From assembly GCA_947466405.1 (NCBI GenBank), contig CANICR010000001.1, positions 5,779 to 69,778 of the forward strand: a stretch of 64,000 bases of DNA. The letters are read 5' to 3'. Within the stretch, counting starts at the first letter, position 1; every line of letters begins with the position of its first letter. Of the stretch, positions 61,441 to 64,000 are shown one piece after another. Under the pieces are notes generated by a model, which worked only from the letters and a program-made list of their open reading frames with translations, had not been told where the DNA came from and made no database searches. The position numbers and the translations under genes were made by a program. This DNA comes from Chitinophagaceae bacterium (lineage in GTDB: Bacteria; Bacteroidota; Bacteroidia; Chitinophagales; Chitinophagaceae).

Positions 61441-62499
61441 TTAAAATAAACCATGCTGAGTGCCGCCTTTGTGCGGCACTTTTCCAAGGTGCTTATACGC
61501 TTTTTCGGTTGCCTCTCTCCCTCTTGGAGTTCGCATTAAAAATCCTTCCTGAATTAAAAAAGGCTCATACACTTCTTCTAATGTTCCTGGCTCTTCTCCT
61601 ACAGCAGTTGCAATGGTGGTTATTCCAACTGGTCCGCCTTTAAACTTGTCTATAATTGTACTTAAAATTCTATTATCCATTTCATCTAAACCATGCTGAT
61701 CAACATTTAATGCTTTTAATGAATGGATAGTAATATCCATATCAATGACGCCGTTGCCAATTACTTGTGCAAAATCTCTAACTCTTCTTAAAAGGCCATT
61801 CGCAATCCTTGGTGTTCCCCTGCTTCTTCTAGCGATTTCTCCTGCTGCATCACTTGTGATTTTTGTTTTAAGGATATTTGCACTTCTTAATAAGATATTC
61901 TTGAGTGTTTCAGAATCGTAATATTCTAACCTTGATTTTATTCCAAATCTTGATAGTAATGGTGCAGTAAGTAATCCGCTTCTTGTTGTGGCGCCAATAA
62001 GAGTAAAAGGATTTAAAGTTAATTGAACGCTCCTTGCATTAGGACCGCTATCTATCATGATGTCGATTTTATAATCCTCCATTGCCGCATACAAATATTC
62101 TTCCACTACAGTACTTAATCGATGAATTTCATCAATAAACAACACATCATTGGTTTCTAAATTAGTAAGTAACCCTGCCAGATCTCCTGGCTTTTCTATA
62201 ACTGGCCCTGAAGTTTCTTTAATGTTAACCCCCATTTCATTCGCTACAATCCTTGATAGAGTTGTTTTTCCTAATCCTGGGGGACCATGAAATAAAATAT
62301 GATCTAATGCCTCGCCTCTTAATTTAGAAGCTTTAATGAAAATAGAAATATTTTCAATGATTTGACTTTGGCCACTAAACTCTTTTATAAATCCAGGCCG
62401 AATATTATTTTCAAATTCCTTGTCAGGAGATTGTAAAATTTCTTTATTGGTATTTAATTCGGAATTAGGCATGTAAAAACTATTTCGTAAAGCTAACAA
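61441..62499 (-). CDS. ruvB: Holliday junction helicase
   Basis: [33 protein letters not shown] and GGPVGI motifs. Confidence 0.98.
   Translation of the reverse strand: MLALRNSFYMPNSELNTNKEILQSPDKEFENNIRPGFIKEFSGQSQIIENISIFIKASKLRGEALDHILFHGPPGLGKTTLSRIVANEMGVNIKETSGPVIEKPGDLAGLLTNLETNDVLFIDEIHRLSTVVEEYLYAAMEDYKIDIMIDSGPNARSVQLTLNPFTLIGATTRSGLLTAPLLSRFGIKSRLEYYDSETLKNILLRSANILKTKITSDAAGEIARRSRGTPRIANGLLRRVRDFAQVIGNGVIDMDITIHSLKALNVDQHGLDEMDNRILSTIIDKFKGGPVGITTIATAVGEEPGTLEEVYEPFLIQEGFLMRTPRGREATEKAYKHLGKVPHKGGTQHGLF
61459..61483 (+). terminator. rprY terminator embedded in the 3' end of ruvB
   Basis: AGTGCCGC-CTTTGT-GCGGCACT followed by TTT. Confidence 0.6.
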
Positions 62500-62573
62500 T
62501 AATAGCGGAAACTTTAGTTATTGTGATTAGATAAGCGTGTGTATTAGGCCTCATTGTAGCTTACACTGAAATA

Positions 62574-63338
62574 CTACAAATTAATTTTTATACTATTTAG
62601 ACTATGAATTGCTGAGGCTATTTCTTTAATAATATGTTGATCTTTCTCAATTGCATTTCCTATTACTATTATATCTGCACCAGATTTGCAATTAAGATAT
62701 GCTTTTTCGGGCGTTGTAATTCCGCCTCCCACAATTAATGGCACGTCAATACAAGAAGATACTTTTTGAATCATCATTTCCGAGATTGGATTTTTTGCTC
62801 CACTGCCAGCATCCATATAAATTAATTTCATACCTAACATTTCTCCAGCCATGGCAGTACACATAGCTATCTCGCTTTTGTCCGCTGGTAATGGATTCGC
62901 ATTACTTATATAAGAAACTGTTGTTGGAGCGCCTCCATCAATTACCATATAGCCGGTTGGCATTATTTCTAATCCACTCTTTTTTACAAAAGGAGCCGAG
63001 ATTACATGTTGCCCAATTAACAACTCAGGATTTCTTCCGCTTATCAATGATAAATATAATAATGCATCTGCGTATTTAGTTATTTGAGAAGGACTACCGG
63101 GAAATAAAATAACCGGTATTTTACATTTGCTTTTTATATTTCTAACACATTCGTCTAAGTTATCCGAAACAACCAAACTTCCTCCTACAAAAAAATAATC
63201 AACATTTGCCTCTATTGAAATATCGATTAAGTCATCAATTGAAGAGTCGTTGACTTTATCAGGGTCTATTAATACTGCAAAAGATTTCTTCTGCTCCCTT
63301 TTCCGACTAACCAATAATTGATATATTTCTTTTTGCAT
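62574..63338 (-). CDS. Geranylgeranylglyceryl phosphate synthase family (GGGPS/PcrB)
   Basis: LIDPDK, VGGS, ILFPGS, SLISGRNP, TGYMVIDGG, YMDAGSGA and VGGGI motifs. Confidence 0.93.
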   Translation of the reverse strand: MQKEIYQLLVSRKREQKKSFAVLIDPDKVNDSSIDDLIDISIEANVDYFFVGGSLVVSDNLDECVRNIKSKCKIPVILFPGSPSQITKYADALLYLSLISGRNPELLIGQHVISAPFVKKSGLEIMPTGYMVIDGGAPTTVSYISNANPLPADKSEIAMCTAMAGEMLGMKLIYMDAGSGAKNPISEMMIQKVSSCIDVPLIVGGGITTPEKAYLNCKSGADIIVIGNAIEKDQHIIKEIASAIHSLNSIKINL

Positions 63339-63458
63339 ACCTTACCAAGATAATTACTGCAAAAATGAATTATTTTTCGTTCATACCGAAATAATAATAT
63401 GGAAATGAATAAGAAATACTGATTAATAATCGTATTTTTTAGTGGTAATTTTGTTTAT

Positions 63459-63860
63459 ATGGCAGATGTAAAAAAAGAAATAAAGTTCAGTACTGCTCGA
63501 AGTAGTGGAAAAGGTGGTCAAAATGTAAACAAAGTGGAGACGATGGTGATAGGTTATTGGCATGTAGATTCTTCTATTATTTTATCTGAAAACGAAAAAA
63601 ATATTATCACTGAAAAGCTATCAAACAAAATTAATAATGAAGGTTTCTTGTTCGTTAAAAGTCATTTATATAGAACGCAACTTGCCAATAAGGAAGATGT
63701 TATCGAAAAAATGAATACCCTAATAAAGAAAGCATTAGTCATACCCAAAAAAAGAAAGCCAACGAAACCTACCAAAGCTTCTAAAGAATCAAGACTGCTT
63801 AACAAGAAAATTTCCTCGACTAAGAAAATTGACCGAAAAAAGATTATACCCAATGAATAG
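63459..63860 (+). CDS. arfB: Alternative ribosome rescue factor B
   Basis: SSGKGGQNVNKVET and basic tail RKPTKPT..SK..RL..KK. Confidence 0.95.
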   Translation: MADVKKEIKFSTARSSGKGGQNVNKVETMVIGYWHVDSSIILSENEKNIITEKLSNKINNEGFLFVKSHLYRTQLANKEDVIEKMNTLIKKALVIPKKRKPTKPTKASKESRLLNKKISSTKKIDRKKIIPNE

Positions 63861-64000
63861 AAAAGGATATATGTTAATGCGTTATTTTTTTACTTCTATA
63901 TTAATAATGTCTGTATATAGCATTGGCTTCGCGCAAGAAAAATCCGGAAAATTAAAAATGTTTTTTTTGCTAACAGCTAATCAAAAAAAAATAGTATTAA
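63853..64000 (+). CDS. Partial exported protein, truncated by the window end
   Basis: Open to the end of the window; signal-peptide-like MRYFFTSILIMSVYSIGFAQ; start at 63853 or 63871. Confidence 0.5.
   Translation, partial: MNRKGYMLMRYFFTSILIMSVYSIGFAQEKSGKLKMFFLLTANQKKIVL

Overview
AT-rich core-genome segment of a Bacteroidota bacterium. Gene content and order (lpxC-fabZ fusion, split atp operon, gldA, porX, rprY, TAnnTTTG promoters) point to Bacteroidota, most likely Chitinophagaceae (inference). The window holds the dcw cluster (mraZ to ftsQ), atpDC, eno-ftsB, holB-ricT, radA-comF, a porX/HD divergon, the lipid A operon, copA-recQ, a di-haem peroxidase, rprY, ruvB, a GGGP synthase and arfB. 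I found no tRNA, rRNA, CRISPR array, prophage, IS element or defence island, and no clearly new multi-gene system. The best leads are small. (1) Two orphan promoter-plus-terminator units that look like ~55-60 nt sRNAs, one with a seed antisense to AUG-AAA-AA start sites. (2) A DnaA-box cluster beside MraZ boxes at the dcw promoter. (3) A porX / 89-aa protein / PhnP-like / HD group of nucleotide hydrolases. (4) A RicT with a Q/P/G/R low-complexity tail. (5) Several probably leaderless genes. (6) A palindrome and possibly structured leader before the peroxidase. All protein calls rest on motif recognition, not on database searches.
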